Shown: positions 14,871 through 30,350, counted from the stretch's first letter. The stretch is 64,000 nucleotides of DNA from Eledone cirrhosa (GCA_964016885.1 OZ024745.1:97464001-97528000); one strand, 5' to 3'. Notes: a model not told the origin generated them from the letters alone. Numbers and translations are program-made.

Positions 14871-15952
14871 GTAGAAATATGGTTATTATTTCTAGCAGGT
14901 CAAACAACCAAGTTGAAGAGATCATCAATGACTCGTTGATTCATTTGATATTATGTAATTGTGTAACCAAATGCAACTAAGGTGGATTAGGGAAGGGAGG
15001 TGCATACAAATGTTCCATGGTGTGTTATATTTTGCTGAGCAATTTCTAGCAACAGAGACCAAGACTAAGTATGGCTGCAGAACATGAAAACAAATTTACA
15101 ATAAGACACTTTTACTGTATATAATTTCAGTTCACTTAGTTGTAAAGTACAAGCAATAAATTTGGTTAACATGAGGAAGAATCACTGCTAATGATACCAA
15201 GAAGCCTAGACACAGGTAATAAACACCACATGTATACAGATATAATTTTAAATGAGTGAAAATACAATACAAAAATGTATAGACTAATAATTTTGTTGTA
15301 AAGATAGATTACCCTTTGGTCACAATACAACTATTAGTTTCACTATAATTGCTTTTTCAGGTAATGACATTAATCTACCTTGATGCTTTGATTACAGAGA
15401 AACACCTATTTTTGTATCTAAAATTGTCTTTTCATCTACAACAACCACACAGCTCTTTCTTTATAAATTTTGTGTCATCTTTATTTTATTAAAGCTATAT
15501 TCCTTCCCATACCAGGACTTGGTCTCTCAGCTAACCTAACAAACATAATCAAATGTATAAGTTCTATTTTATTCAATTTGTAATTAAAATATCTCATATA
15601 GATCTTCTTCACTTGATTAAAGCTCTCCTTCCTATCCACGATTCAGTCCCTCAGCTCACTTAAGAAATACAATCAAATGTATATGTTCTATTAGCCACTT
15701 TCTATGTCTCTAATGGTAATTTACTTCATTTTCTAATGCTATTATCATTCATAGGAATTCTGAATTTGGATTTCGATATTACAAATTAATTAAAATGTTT
15801 ATGAGAATCATTAAGCTAGGTTTGATCAATGTTTTTAAACTAATTTATACACCTGTGTACTAACTAATTTAAATACAGAAAACTTATGAGAGAAAACAAA
15901 GTGTATGCATGTTTGTGTGGGAGAATGAGGGGGGAGAGAGAAAAAGAGAGAG

Positions 15953-16005
<53 letters not shown>

Positions 16006-16593
16006 TTGTAATTATCAGTATCTTAAATCATTTCTTTCTCATCTTGTCTCAGCAAAGATCAACTTCCATGAAAAACATTTAAATTTTTTTTTTTTTTTTC
16101 CTAATTGGAAGTCTCTATATTTTAACTGACTGAAATATGGACTGGATGGTGGGAGGTGTATCTATTTTCATAGTTTCACTATTTCACCTCTTTTTTATTA
16201 TTATTATCAGTCAGTTCTGCATGTACCTTAACCGCTCTGCAGCAATTTATAATGAAGTAAAATAATATTAATATTAGTAAATTATCATACGAATTCAAAA
16301 ATATCTATATGGTATTTATGCAAGTATGTGTCTGTGTAGGTAGAGATAAAAATATAGAAGTTTTAATATACACAGATAAAAGAAGTTAATAAGGATAGCC
16401 GCAGTAACTAAATATACTTTACAACAAACATTTTTATCTTACAAGACAGATTGAGAACAAATTGATAAATGAACAAATGAAGAAATATATAAAAATTTTA
16501 CAGATTTAAATGCTAAATAACAATATTAAGATTGATATAATTATCAGCTATATATATATAGATAGATACACATGCATACACACACTAAGCACA

Positions 16594-16645
<52 letters not shown>

Positions 16646-17401
16646 GCATGCATACACACACTAAGCATAGTAGATATATATATATGTGTGTGTGTGTGTG
16701 TGCATGAGTATGTATGTACCCAGGTGGAAGTGGAGAAATAAGTCATGATAGTGACAATAGATATGTCAATAAAGAAGTTGATTATAACAATAACAACAAG
16801 AATAAAGAAAACAACAACAGCAGCAGCAGCTTTTATATACATACACACATATACATATACACATATATATATATATATCATAAGCACAATGAATGACACT
16901 TACTGAAAGTAGCATATATAAATATATATATATATGAATGACTGACTATTCAATATGTGTATGACCTTTCTGTATTTTCTATTTTATATATAATGTAGAT
17001 CAATGGAGGGATACAATGTAAAAAGCAACAAGCACATGCCTTCTAATTTTTTATTGTTTCATAATAATAATAATAATTATTATTATTATTATTATTATTA
17101 TCAGTTCTAAATATTTGGGTTTCTGTAATTTTGCACTTGAAATCCTCATCATGCGTAGAGACCAGATTTCTACATAGTTCACCGTTTCAAATTATTAAGA
17201 ATAAACTAAAGTAAATGCGATATTTTTTAGTAGAATCATTGCAAAAGATGATACAAAAGCACGCCCACTATTACAAGTACCGTGACACTAAAAGTATATG
17301 TGGAGAGAGACTGAGCCTATGTTTTGTGATTGAACCAGAGAGAGTTTAAGGTCTGAGGGGGTTCTTCAGTCTGGACAATCACAATCTCTCTAGTGTTGTG
17401 T

Positions 17402-17641
17402 CATGATAAAACACACCCAGTCCACTCTATAAAGTGATAGTGGTAGCGCCATGATATAAAACACACCCAGTCCACTCTATAAAGCGATAGTGGTAGCACC
17501 ATGATATAAAACACACCCAGTCCACTCTATAAAGTGATAGTGGTAGCGCCATGATATAAAACACATCCAGTCCACTCTATAAAGTAATAGTGGTAGTGCC
17601 ATGATAAAAAACGCACATAGTCCACTCTATAAAGTGATAGT
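17402..17641. repeat. 60-bp-scale tandem repeat x4 (ACACACCCAGTCCACTCTATAAAGTGATAGTGGTAGCGCCATGATATAAA)
   Basis: Directly visible; looks derived from the 5' part of the adjacent RTE-tail element. Confidence 0.9.
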
Positions 17642-17679
17642 GCTGTCCCTAAAAACAACAAAAACAAAGCACCCAGTAA

Positions 17680-17842
17680 GGTGGTTGGAGTTAGGAAAAG
17701 CATCCAGCTGTAAAAGCCATGCCATATATCAAACGTTGAAATGAGATGAGGTTGCTCTGTCTAGTTTTGAACTGCAACAACCAGTCCTACCCAAGTCAGC
17801 ATGGAAAACAGATATAAAAGTGGTGATGATGACGATGATGAT
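17680..17842 (+). mobile_element. RTE-tail short element (GGTTGG.GTTAGGAAGGGCATCCAGC...(GAT)n); further copies at about 41550, 47565 and 56090
   Basis: Shares the 3' end of the RTE LINE at 45575-45752. Confidence 0.7.
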
Positions 17843-17894
17843 TGCATCACTGTCAACTATATCATTGTATTCACCTTTAGCTTCATTCTTTGAA

Positions 17895-18066
17895 ATAATT
17901 GTTTCTACTTTTGGCACAAGGCCATCAATTATCCCAGTACATTACTGGTACTTTATTTTATCGACCCCGTAAGGATGTAAGGCAAAGTCAACCTCGGCAG
18001 GATTTGAACTCAGATCGTAAAGGGACGTAACTATGCTGGAAAGCATGGCGTCCGACCCTCTACTGA
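17895..18066 (-). mobile_element. tRNA-derived SINE, same family
   Basis: Homology to 8303-8487. Confidence 0.88.
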
Positions 18067-18452
18067 TCAGTAAATTCCTCTCTCCAGTGCTGGTTTTAAA
18101 TGCAGCAGGGTTTATGCAATGTAAAAGCAAATATAGTATCTTTTATCTCTCTCTTCTTTCTTTTTATTTGTATTTGTAGGAATATAGAACTACAACTGCA
18201 TAAGAAGTCTCACCCAAATGATGTTAATAAGATTTTTTTTTAAGTTAGAACATACATTTCAGCAGACAAAAGTACATAGGGATATGAGCATTATCTAAAG
18301 GTAAATAGGGGAAATAAATGAAAGTTTTTTTTATTTTTCAGGATTCCACTAACTTTTAAAATTTGGTAAATATTCCCTGACTTCTCTTAAAGCATCTCAT
18401 AATTTTGAGACATTACACATATACGTGTGTGTGTACGTATATATATATGTAC

Positions 18453-18570
18453 GTTTACAGCCAAATCACGTTGAAAGCACTGGTTCTCATCTGTTCACCA
18501 AAGTTAAGCAACACTGAACCTAGTTAGTACTTGGATGGTTGACTGCTTGGAAAACCTAGGTGCTGTAAGT
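18453..18570 (+). pseudogene. 5S rRNA pseudogene (or 5S-derived SINE head)
   Basis: GTTTACAGCCAAATCACGTTGAAAGCACTGGTTCTCATCTGTTCACCAAAGTTAAGCAAC...GTTAGTACTTGGATGGTTGACTGCTTGGAAAACCTAGGTGCTGTAAG aligns full length to metazoan 5S rRNA, with box A and box C recognisable. Many CpG>TpG/CpA changes and no oligo-T terminator. Confidence 0.88.
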
Positions 18571-19810
18571 ACATCTAATTAAATAATGGCAGTGACCCAG
18601 CGGCCTCAGCCTGTTGGTTGCAACACACACAAGCATGTGAGTATGAGTTGTAATGTTTACATGCAAAGTTGCAATGGTTCTGAGCATATAATCTTCTACT
18701 ATAATTACATTAACATCTATGATACATTTCTAGACTACGAATCAAGCCCAAATACTTTACTGGTACTTTATTTTATCGGTCCTGCAAGGATGAAAGGCAA
18801 ATTTGAACCTCGGTGGGATTATTGAGCTTTCAGATGGAAACTGTGAAGGTTCCTATAACCATTACTAACTAACACATGGCTATGTTCCTGGACAAGGCAC
18901 TAAACACCTCCAACTGCAGCTTACCTACTTTCAAAACATTCAGCTAAAGGAGAAATAGCTTGCTGGTATAAAAAGTATGAGAATTGTTTAACCAATGAAC
19001 TATTTTACAGTGCTGACAAGTTAATCCTATCAAGGTTTTTCTATGTTAGGACTTATAACAGTTTCTAGCAGAAAAGAATTTTCCAGTATATTCTGGAACA
19101 AAACGCCAACATCAACAGTTTTCCAAGAGATGGCAACATGAATGCATCTGTTATTTTTCTCTAAAAACATTTCTTTACAATTCCACCCTGCCCATCCCTT
19201 CAATCGTTCTAATTTCTCATTCTTTCTTCTGGTGAAGGACTAGCATTCGAAACGCTAAGACACTCTTCCTACTATTTCAAGTGTTAACCTAATATATTCC
19301 CTCCATAGACTGTACAGATTGTGTTGTTATTTCTGTTTACCTTTTACATATATATATATTTAGGGATTGTAACGTCCAGTTACTGTAGGTTCACCAGAGT
19401 GAGCACCCGATACATAGTTTCCAGTAAGTATAGAGGTTTAGTACTGAGCAGAGTGTAATAATAATAATAGTAATAAAAATAAAATTCTGTCATTACCATA
19501 ACAGAAGTCCAACAAGCTTTTGATTCCAGAGGTAGGCCAGATCAATACAGATCGAGCCTTGAGCTGATCAATAGCGAAACGTGCGTCACTACTCAATAAA
19601 CGTATTGAAGACCTAACAGATCGTTCTTTTTATATTACTATTACATATATATAATAAACAAGGAGAGAGAGAAAGATGTAAGCACCTAAGTATAAACAAG
19701 CAAAAGTAAAGAGAGTACTAAATACTGAATGCAGAGTGATAAAATTATTTTCAAGCTGAAACTTCCCAAACCATCACTCCATGTTTCTTGTTGCACATCT
19801 TCAAATGATT

Positions 19811-19884
<74 letters not shown>

Positions 19885-20110
19885 ATATCTTTGTACTTAA
19901 CTTTGAAAAAACCTGTTTATATCTATTCCAGAAATTTAATGTGTGCAGATATTGTGAAAACACGTCTGACAAACACTGCAGCATACATGTTTAATGTTTG
20001 TGTGTGCAGTGTATATGTTTATGCGGGGAAAGTATTAAATCTATGCTAAGCTTTCATACAAGTTTATATAATTATCAGCAACCATCAGAGGCTGTGAAGC
20101 AGATAAAGAA

Positions 20111-20347
<237 letters not shown>

Positions 20348-21776
20348 CATGTATATATATACATATACATTGTTCTGGTATTGTGAACAAAAAGGATCCT
20401 AATGTTGAAAATAGAGTATTGTATAAATACATATACTAACAACAAGCACATAATGTATTTGATAAGCTTTATCAGAGAAGACTAAACATTTTGTCGAAGC
20501 TTTATGACCATGTTATAAGGTTATGAATAAAACTTTTCACACACACACACACATACGCACAGACCTACTCCAATGCAAAACGTATAAATATATATGTACA
20601 CATACATATATATATATATACACACATACACACGCACAGACCTACTCCAATGCAAAACGTATAAATATATATATGTACACATACATATATATATTTATAT
20701 ATATACACACACACACACAGACCTACTCCAATGCAAAACGTATAAATATATATGTACTGCAATGAGTAAATATATATATATATATATAATAGCAAGCATT
20801 AGTTCTTACTTTTCTAGATGACTACTAGACATCAAAGGAATACGACCAGTGCTTTGAACAAGCTTATGAGAGAACGGATGGCATACTGGATAATGTGGCA
20901 GACAACAAACTGAGAGATAGCCCAGATGTAACCAAACTGAAAATAGGTACTGTAAGATAGGGACAACTTAGTGCTTCTAAACAGCAGTGGTAGCACTGTA
21001 AAATTGACATGTGTTTCGTTAGCTTGCAGTGCTGAGCTCAGTTGAATTTGATCTAGTTAACCTACATGAAAATACAGCATGGAGAGGAGTGGGCTCTGCC
21101 AAAATGAATTTCATCTAGTTAGTTACCCTACATGAAATTTGAAATTAAAGCCCTCAGTGGCATGTATATTACAAACAACCCAATGGAATATGGTAGAAGA
21201 GACATTGGAGCTCCAATTGAAGATCTTCAAGATTCTTGAATATTTCACTGTATGAGCTTTCAGTTCATTAACCAATAACATATTTTATCATCTGCTGTCC
21301 TTCATTCTATTCATTTAAAGAAGTTTGATAAAAAAAATTTTAAATTCCCGTTTTGTTTTTTTTTTTATTTCAATGAGACAAATCAAAAATATATATTTGC
21401 AAAAATGTAATTTTATGAGGTGTTATTAGAAAATTAAAAGTTTAAAAAAAAAAAATTAAAATTAAAGTAATAAAGTTAAAAAATTATATCAATAAAAATA
21501 AAAAAATATTGACTCAATTTGGCTTAAAAAAACAAAAATCTTGCTTTTCAGGTGTACATACAAAGAGACAGTTACATGTGTGTTCACACACTCACACATT
21601 CAAAGTTATAGATACACAGATACACAGATTCAGTGCTTTATATCGTTTTTGTTACTACATCTTCAACAAACACATTTATATAGAGATTTATCAGTCAGAC
21701 CTCTTTTCATAAATACAGAAAACTTAGTAGCATGTAACCAAATCTGCAAGGAAATATTCGATGTGAGCAATATAGT

Positions 21777-21810
<34 letters not shown>

Positions 21811-22066
21811 ACATATACATGTATGTATATATGTATATATATGTATGTGTATATATAAACATTTTATATCCAGTTGATTACTACTAATGTACAAATTGTT
21901 TCATTCTTAGTATAAAAACTCTTCCTGGCAATGAGGAACTGATATTTAAGGGTGAAACAAATTGCATATTTGTAGCAATGAACTTTATATGAAATTTATA
22001 TTTTACTTTGTTATTATGTTCTGTAATTTAACGTGGCAATATACTTGTCATAAAGAACAATATACA

Positions 22067-22148
<82 letters not shown>

Positions 22149-22371
22149 GTGTGTGTGTGTGTATATATATAAAGGTGGTGTAATGGGAGCGCAAATAGAT
22201 ATAAAATAGCTAGACAAGGACGGCACAAACACTAACTTCACAGTAAAAAATAAAAACAAGTTAGTTAATTTAATTGTCAGGCTTGAAAATACAACAAAAA
22301 TATTACTTTTCATTAACACAATTAATTTCTATGTATGTGTATGTGTATGTGTGTGTGTATGTGTATGTGTA

Positions 22372-22402
<31 letters not shown>

Positions 22403-22532
22403 ATGAGAGCGTTTAGGATATGGTAGATTCATATGTATTCGTTAACAAATTAATCAATGAAGGAAGACATAAATTAAAATTATCAATAATAATAATGATG
22501 ATGATGATTATGGTGTAATAATGATAATAATA

Positions 22533-22745
22533 TTGATTTCTAACATAGGCACAAAGCCAGAAATTTTGGGAAAAGGCGAAGTTGATTAAATCAACTTTGC
22601 CTGGTGCTTTATTTTATCGACCCCAGAAGGATGAAAGGCAAAGCTTACCTCAGAGGGATTTGAACTGAGAATGTAAAGAACAAGAACAAATATTGTAATG
22701 ATATTTTATCCAATGGTCTCAAAATTCTGCAAACCCACCTCCCTC
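22533..22745 (-). mobile_element. tRNA-derived SINE, same family
   Basis: Homology to 8303-8487. Confidence 0.8.
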
Positions 22746-25044
22746 GATGATAATAATAATACATATATATACATATATATATATATATATACTGGCAACA
22801 AATGATGGCTATGACACTTTTAAAGTGATCTATCTATCTATATGATGATGATGATGATATATATATATATATATGCGTGTGTGTAACAAAAGTAGGTATG
22901 AATCATGAGGACAATATTAATAGCAACAACGACATGGATTTTTTTTTTTTTTATATTTTGTTTCATATTTAATCTTAAAATAGATTTATAATTTTAACCT
23001 AGCCCCATTACTGTTTGGATAATGAAACAACAGTATTATGAGAGAGACATTTACAATGAATGGGATAGCTCCCATTTAGTTTGATTCATACAACAATTAC
23101 CATTGTTATCTTATCTTCCATCACGTCCCTATATGTCTGTGAAAATCTTAAGTCTTTTGAAATGCTTTTGTCTTCTTAAATCGGCTAATCTTTCAGCATG
23201 CTTTCAAATTTATTTTCTGATGTTTAGTTTTCGATACAGTTATTACCAAATGAATGAGATTAGGTACATTTGTAACATAACATCAAAGAAGAACTTTCAT
23301 CAGTCATAATAAAACACAAATTCGTTTAATGATAATAATATTTAAAATAAAGCAACAAACAAAAAAAGAATCAAATCAAAAATGCATTTGGCAAAGAAAG
23401 TTTACAAACTTCGATAAAAAAAAAAGTTAGCTGCTTGGTCAAATTTAACAATTTAAATAGATTAATTTAAAAAAGAATTCTTTGTTTGATTGAATGTGTG
23501 AGTGTATGCATGTTTATACAAGAGAAATATCAAAATCTAATGGCCACCAGTTACATAATTTTTAATATATCAGTTAAATGCACAATATGTATTTGTGTGT
23601 TTTTAAAGAAAGTCAGTGAGTTGAGATTGAATTATTAAAATTAGCAAACGTAACACACCCTTTGTGCACCCTGAAATACTATAGCAGGGTTCTTTCACAA
23701 GAATAATAAACCTTATGACCCATCCAAATTACCAAGCCCTCACCTTAAACAAATCCCATGTAGTGAAAAATAACTATCAATGACCATTTTCTACAATACT
23801 TTGATTCTCAGATTCATTCCTTAGTGACAACAAGTAAGATTATAAACATACATTGATAAAACACTGTGGTTACACAAGACAATAGCTTTGATGATGAAGT
23901 CAGCTACTTATATAACTGCAATGTTAACTATCCAACAAATTCTTACATCCAGAACCAACCATTTCCTCTTCCAATGCAGAATATCTGCAATCCTTCAACT
24001 TCATAATAGCAATAACATATTTTAAACACTCTTACACTAATGGCGGCGCCATACTGCATTCTTCTCCCTCTTTTCTTTGCTACAAGTAACCACTCACAAC
24101 CTTAACAGCTTTTGACTAGCTTGCACATCCACCGTTAATAAAATAAGGAGTTTTGAAAATCCATTAACATGTACGAGTACAATACCATCACCACTTTTCT
24201 CATGAACAAATCATACTAAGATGTTTGACAATCCCATTTCATACTAAAACTATTTCTAGCCATCTTTCCTGCAAAGCTTAAACCCACAACATAGCTACAA
24301 CAGCATCAAGAATGATGGAGCACTTTTTCAAAACAGTGACTGATGCTTTAAAGGAGCATATTAATGTTTCCTCTCATCAAGATGCTATATAGTTCTCTTT
24401 CAACAAAACATTACATTGCATCCAAGCAAAAAATATCGAAAAGATTAGCAAACAATACATATTATATATTTACTCTCAACTGTCAACATTGCCAGTAAAA
24501 TCTCTTTATAATCTCCCCAACTGTCATACATCTAAGTTTTCAAGTTTTAGGACATAATGTCCCAAAGTAAATGTAGGAAGGTCATGGCTAGAAGTGCCAA
24601 ATGAATGCTTCAGTTTAATTGATATATTTTGCGACATAGGTTTCCCCAAGCTGAACTACTAACTAGGGTTATCCAACAACAAAAAACTTCCATCTTAAAG
24701 GGTCACCAATTCTAATCACTATCCAACTGTATCCTCTGTTCCCGCTCTGGCAAATCTTTCAAGACTTCTGCTATGTCTTTGCTCAATTGCCATCCTACCA
24801 AAACAGGCTTCTTCTTATCACCTATACTTAAACCCTCTACTAAATACTTTGAATAATTCTTTCGACTTAGAACTATATGACACCTGCAGCTCCCCAACTC
24901 AGCCATGCCCTCCCCCACTGAACAGTAACCATATTTTGCACAACTATTTCGCTCCTTTAACCAAAGAGCCCCCTAAAATAAGTTCTTTACTCTTTGTACC
25001 AAGAACAACAGTATTGGGTAAACATTTACATATGTGCATGCATG

Positions 25045-25169
<125 letters not shown>

Positions 25170-26624
25170 ATAAAATTTAAAGATGATAAACTATATATCT
25201 CTTATACTTTGATTATTTAAATTCTCCCTCAGAAATAAATATAACATTGACATATTTGAGACATTGAATGATAGTTTTTTTTTTTTTTTTTAAAGGGGGG
25301 GAAAAAAGAAAAGATAACAAGAACAACAACAAAAACAACAACAATCTTTTGCATAGTATATCAAAATTGAAAAACTATGCAAATTGTGTAAGAAAAATGT
25401 CAAAACCAGTATGATTTATACAGTCTGAAAGAAATGCTTACATCCCCAAACACACTACTTACAAATGCCTATAATGACAGTTGTGCATACATTAGCTTTC
25501 CTGTCGAGTACTCAAACTTAATTCAGTCATTTTTTTCCCCAATCATTAACATTATGAGAAGATATGAGTTAATTGGAAAAAAGAAAAAGCAATAAATAAA
25601 TACACACATACACACATTTATGAATATGCATGCACATACACGTCTACATATATTCGAATATAACCACTAAATAAGTTACATAAATAAACACATGCACACA
25701 CACACATATACTATAAATAGTTTTGTTGTTCATTTTTTTATATCGATGAAAATGTACGACTTCAGCCATGAATATTATTTTTTTAAAGATTAAACCAAAT
25801 ATAAATGACAAAACGGAAAATTTATTTGGCAGAATATTATTATTATCATTATTATTATCATTATTATCATCATCATAATCATTATAATCATCATATGTTT
25901 ATTAGCTGTTTTTCCTATTTAACAAATTTGCCTCATATTTTTTTCATTTTCTAGAAGTCAATACATTTGTGAGCTACTACCTCAAAAAACATGAGAAAAT
26001 CTTTTTTCTAAGACAATTTACACATACATCATCATATATACATGCACACCATCACATACAAACACACACACACACATATCTTCATACATATGTGCACATT
26101 CATACTCACACACACATATCCTCATACATGTACACATTCACACACACACACATCCTCATACATACACACTCACACTCCCACATCCTCATACATACATGCA
26201 CACATCTTCATACTTACATTCACACATACATATATACATACATAGAGAGAGGTGTATGGGCACCAGCAGCAATCAGGTGCACCACAAGATGAAATTCTGC
26301 ACCATAAATTGTGATAGGTCAAAGCTATTTGGTAATCAAATTAAGGGATAGAAAATACTAATTTGAATATGGAGTGGACAACGGTAAATGAAATAGATAA
26401 GTTATAGGATAGGCAATGAAGTACACTGAATATGAATTACTAATTAAGAATCAAGGCTTGCAGCAATTAGGGAGACAGGGAGTTGAGTAAATCAACCCCC
26501 AGTACTTGACTGGTACTTTATTTTATTGACCCCCAGAAGGAGGATGAAAGGCAGAGTTGACCTTGGCGAGATTTGAACTCAACTCAGAATGTAAATTCCC
26601 GTTAATAATTAATAACAATAAAAA

Positions 26625-26945
26625 AAGTAAAGACCTCTTTTGGTCACGAATGACCATGGGATTTGCACCTAGAAAGTTCCCATCCGAAGCACAAGTCTGG
26701 GCAAGGTTGTTTCTGGAAGACCAGCAGTCGCCCATGCATACCAGCCTCCCCTCTCCATGCCACCGATGATGTCCAAAGGGAAAGGCAATGGCCAATACAG
26801 CTTCACACTACAGCTGAGTAAACTGGAACAACGTGAAATAAAGTGTCTTGCTCAAGGACACAATGCACCACTCGGTCCAAGAATCAAACTCACAACCTTC
26901 CGTTTGCAAGTCCAATGCCCTAACCACTAAGCGATGGACCTTCAC
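26625..26945 (-). mobile_element. Second tRNA-derived SINE family (partial copy at 12975-13155; related head at 48270-48475)
   Basis: Minus strand: TTAGTGGTTAGGGCATTGGACT...GAGTTTGATTC...GTGTCCTTGAGCAAGACACTTTA, followed by a body shared with 12975-13155. Confidence 0.8.
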
Positions 26946-27250
26946 ACTAATGTTGTTTGAAATGATAATGTTAACATACTCACTTATGCACACACATGCA
27001 GACATATGCATATGCACACAAATGCACTGAGCTGTCATCTTGCAATGATAATGATGATGATAATAATAATTGTCTTCTTTGGTTAATAAAGAAATCATTA
27101 TTATCATTAATTATTATTTGTAGTTGCAGTAGTAATTTTAGTATGAGTAGTATGATCTAGAAAGTTATTACTGATGTTGCTGGCAATGGGGGATATCATA
27201 GTTATGATGACAATGATGATAATGACGACGATGATAATAACAACAATAAC

Positions 27251-27284
<34 letters not shown>

Positions 27285-30049
27285 TAAAGAAAAATAGTAG
27301 TTATCCATCAAACTAAACAATTTGTAGAAATACAACCAGAACAATTTTGACCAGGAGACTGACAAAAAGTTCCAGTTTGAAATACTTGAACAATTGTTTG
27401 GTTAGGGAAAAAAAAAAAAAAAAAAAATTAAGAATCATTTAAAAAAAAATAATAATTTCTTGTAGGCACATGTGCAAAATTTAACTTGGGTTTCTGTTCT
27501 GCCTTATCTTTTTGGTTACTAAATCAATTTTTAGTGCTGTTGGTGAATGAATTTAATTTTTTAATTAACATTTGGAATTCTTTAAAGGTTTGATCTTTTT
27601 TCGTAAAAGATAAAATAAATAAAAGGCAGGAGAGAGGGGGAGGGGAATATTGCATGAGAAATTAAATCTTAAGAATTTACTCTTTTAGCAGAAACATTTC
27701 AATTTGCCTTTTAAGATTTTGATTTTTTTTTCTTTTCTTGACAGTTTTCATTTCAAAGCTCAATTTTTTCTTTTTGTTTTGTTTGTTTATTTATTTAATT
27801 TAAATTTCGGTTTGTTTATCATATCAATGTTGAAGTATCTGCCTTTTTGTTGCCAAGTTGCTTGACAAACATCTTGGTATCTCATAAATTGAAGGTGCTC
27901 TGAGATTCGGGCAAGGGGATTGGGAAGGAGTTGGGGTTGGGGTTTCAAAGTCAGCTGTCAGTTCTTTTCAAAAACAATTTAGTGACATAAATTCATCAGT
28001 AAGAAACATCTATATTATAAAAAGATATTTTAACTATTTCCACAATATACATGTAGCTTACTAATTATATGGACAAACGCAAAATATATAATAAATCTAA
28101 AAAAAAAAATGTTTTTAAAACTTGAAAAATATTTAACACTTAAAAAAAAAACACTTAAAATTTTATAGAAAATTCAAATTTCATAACACAAGATCCAACT
28201 GAATATCGTTTCCCAGCCAGCTAACTGTTGGGTATTTCTGGTGGGTTAGATATGGGATGAACGGGGTTAAAGATGTATTACAAGAGGAATGTTATAATCC
28301 TGGCAGTGATTAAAGGGTACAGTTTTGTTTTAGAATTCGGATTCTTCAGAGAAGCATTCAATACCACCAATTGTGCGTATCACATACCATAGAATTATTA
28401 TATTTAATTATGTTTCTGAAGGTTACTCGTTGTTGAGGGCAAGAGGGGTTTTTTCTTGGAAACAGAGGATTATAATTTTTTGGTCGTTTATTTCACCTTG
28501 CAGAATTCTAAAATATCATATAACAAAACAAGCAACAAGAAAATAGTTTAGTTAGCTTTAAACTTTCCCACATTTCCCTGTTTATTTTTTCTTCCTATTT
28601 CTTCTTCATTTTTTAAAGATGGATGGGTTTAATTTTTTTTTATTTCAAATTAGTTATGGTCTCATTAAATTTTTCCTTATCATTCCCAGCTGACTTTGAG
28701 ACAACACAAAGTTTGCTGTTTTTAATGCAGCCAGTTTTATGAATGTAAAAACTGAGATGCATAGAAAATTATATTAACCAGATTTACAGTCAGAGGTCTG
28801 CTAGATCCTCCTCCACATTCTCCTTAAATACATCTAAGGATATAAGTATTATCTGTTTGTAACCACAACTGTTATAATAGTTATACTATAGAAGCCTGGC
28901 AAGATATGATTAGAATAGTGAGTGATATAATGTAAATATATTACGGCACTATATCAAGATTGTTTCATTAGTACAACATCCAAGTGCTTCCAATGTAGAT
29001 GAAGTAGGTAATCAATCTTGCACTAAGTGACATCCAAACCAAATATTTCAAATATTTCATAAAGTATGTAGAATCAAGTATACCTGATCATTTGATATTT
29101 ATATTTCTGAATACAGGAGAGATGTCAATGAAAGGGACACATGCAATTAGTGACTTGTATTTCATGGAAAGGAGGATAGCAAACTACATACTCAATGTAG
29201 TTCAAGTAAATACAAAAATCTTCTGATATATATATCACCCAGGTTTATCATTTATCTCATTAATGATATCCCTTAGCTCATCGTGTTTTCCTATCATAAA
29301 CTTCTGAAGTAAGGATCTTATATAGTTATAAAACTACATCCACCAAGCCAGCATTTTAAAGCCCTAACCCAAATATCTGTTCAAGTTATTGAAGGAGAAG
29401 GGGGTTTATTTAAGAAGAGGAGGTATTAGAGCAAATATAATCTTGCTTGTTTTTTCTGTTTATGGGGGAGAAGGATGTTTGTTTTTGTTTGTCTTTTTTA
29501 AATTTTGTCTTTTTTTTTTGGTAGATGTTTTTACAGTAGACAATGATTTCATGGCAAAATAACAATGACAATAATAGCATTATTGATAGTATTAATAATA
29601 ATAATAAAAATAATACTATTGATGATAATCAGGATCATAAACATGGTAATGAAAATGAATGTGGCAACTATGATAATAATAATAATAATCATGATGATAA
29701 TGAAGATGATGATGATGATGATATTGTGAAGGACGAAAAAAAATAAATTAAAGGACAAATAAAATGAAGAAAATGTGAAAAAAAAATAAGAAAAAGATAT
29801 ACAAGTAAAGAAAATATATAAAAAAGAGAAAACAAAAAATAACATAAAAAAGGGGAACAGAATATTTCCAATAGCAACCAATTTCCACTGGAATATATTG
29901 CAACAGTGTGTGCAAAAAGATACACAACAAAAGACTTTTTCAAAAAAACAAAAAAGTTTTATAGAAAATTTTTATAACAACCAAGAGATAAAATTCCATT
30001 GATAAATCATAAATATATATATATATATATATATATAAAAACACACACG

Positions 30050-30265
<216 letters not shown>

Positions 30266-30350
30266 AGATGCACAACTGTGGCTCAAATTTCACCAAACGG
30301 CCCATTGTAGTTTTTTTTTTTTTTAAAGAAACAATATTTTTGGTTTATTA

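Noticed and set aside
14347-14980. Three overlapping repetitive ORFs (IIDPPHHGL, GGSMIKPWC, WWIYDQAM)
   Set aside because: A 27-bp repeat that happens to be stop-free in several frames; no evidence of coding function.
20462-20510. Further hammerhead-like strings (also CTGATGAAGAC at about 55679)
   Set aside because: Core too degenerate or GAAA/stem III missing; cannot be distinguished from chance.
23660-25010. Possible ancient retroelement coding remnant (for example ORF 24712-24918)
   Set aside because: Composition is suggestive, but I could not recognise a diagnostic motif; needs tBLASTx against a repeat library.
29543-29746. Asn/Asp-rich 67-aa ORF
   Set aside because: (AAT)/(GAT) trinucleotide low-complexity tract antisense to the probable brat 3' UTR.
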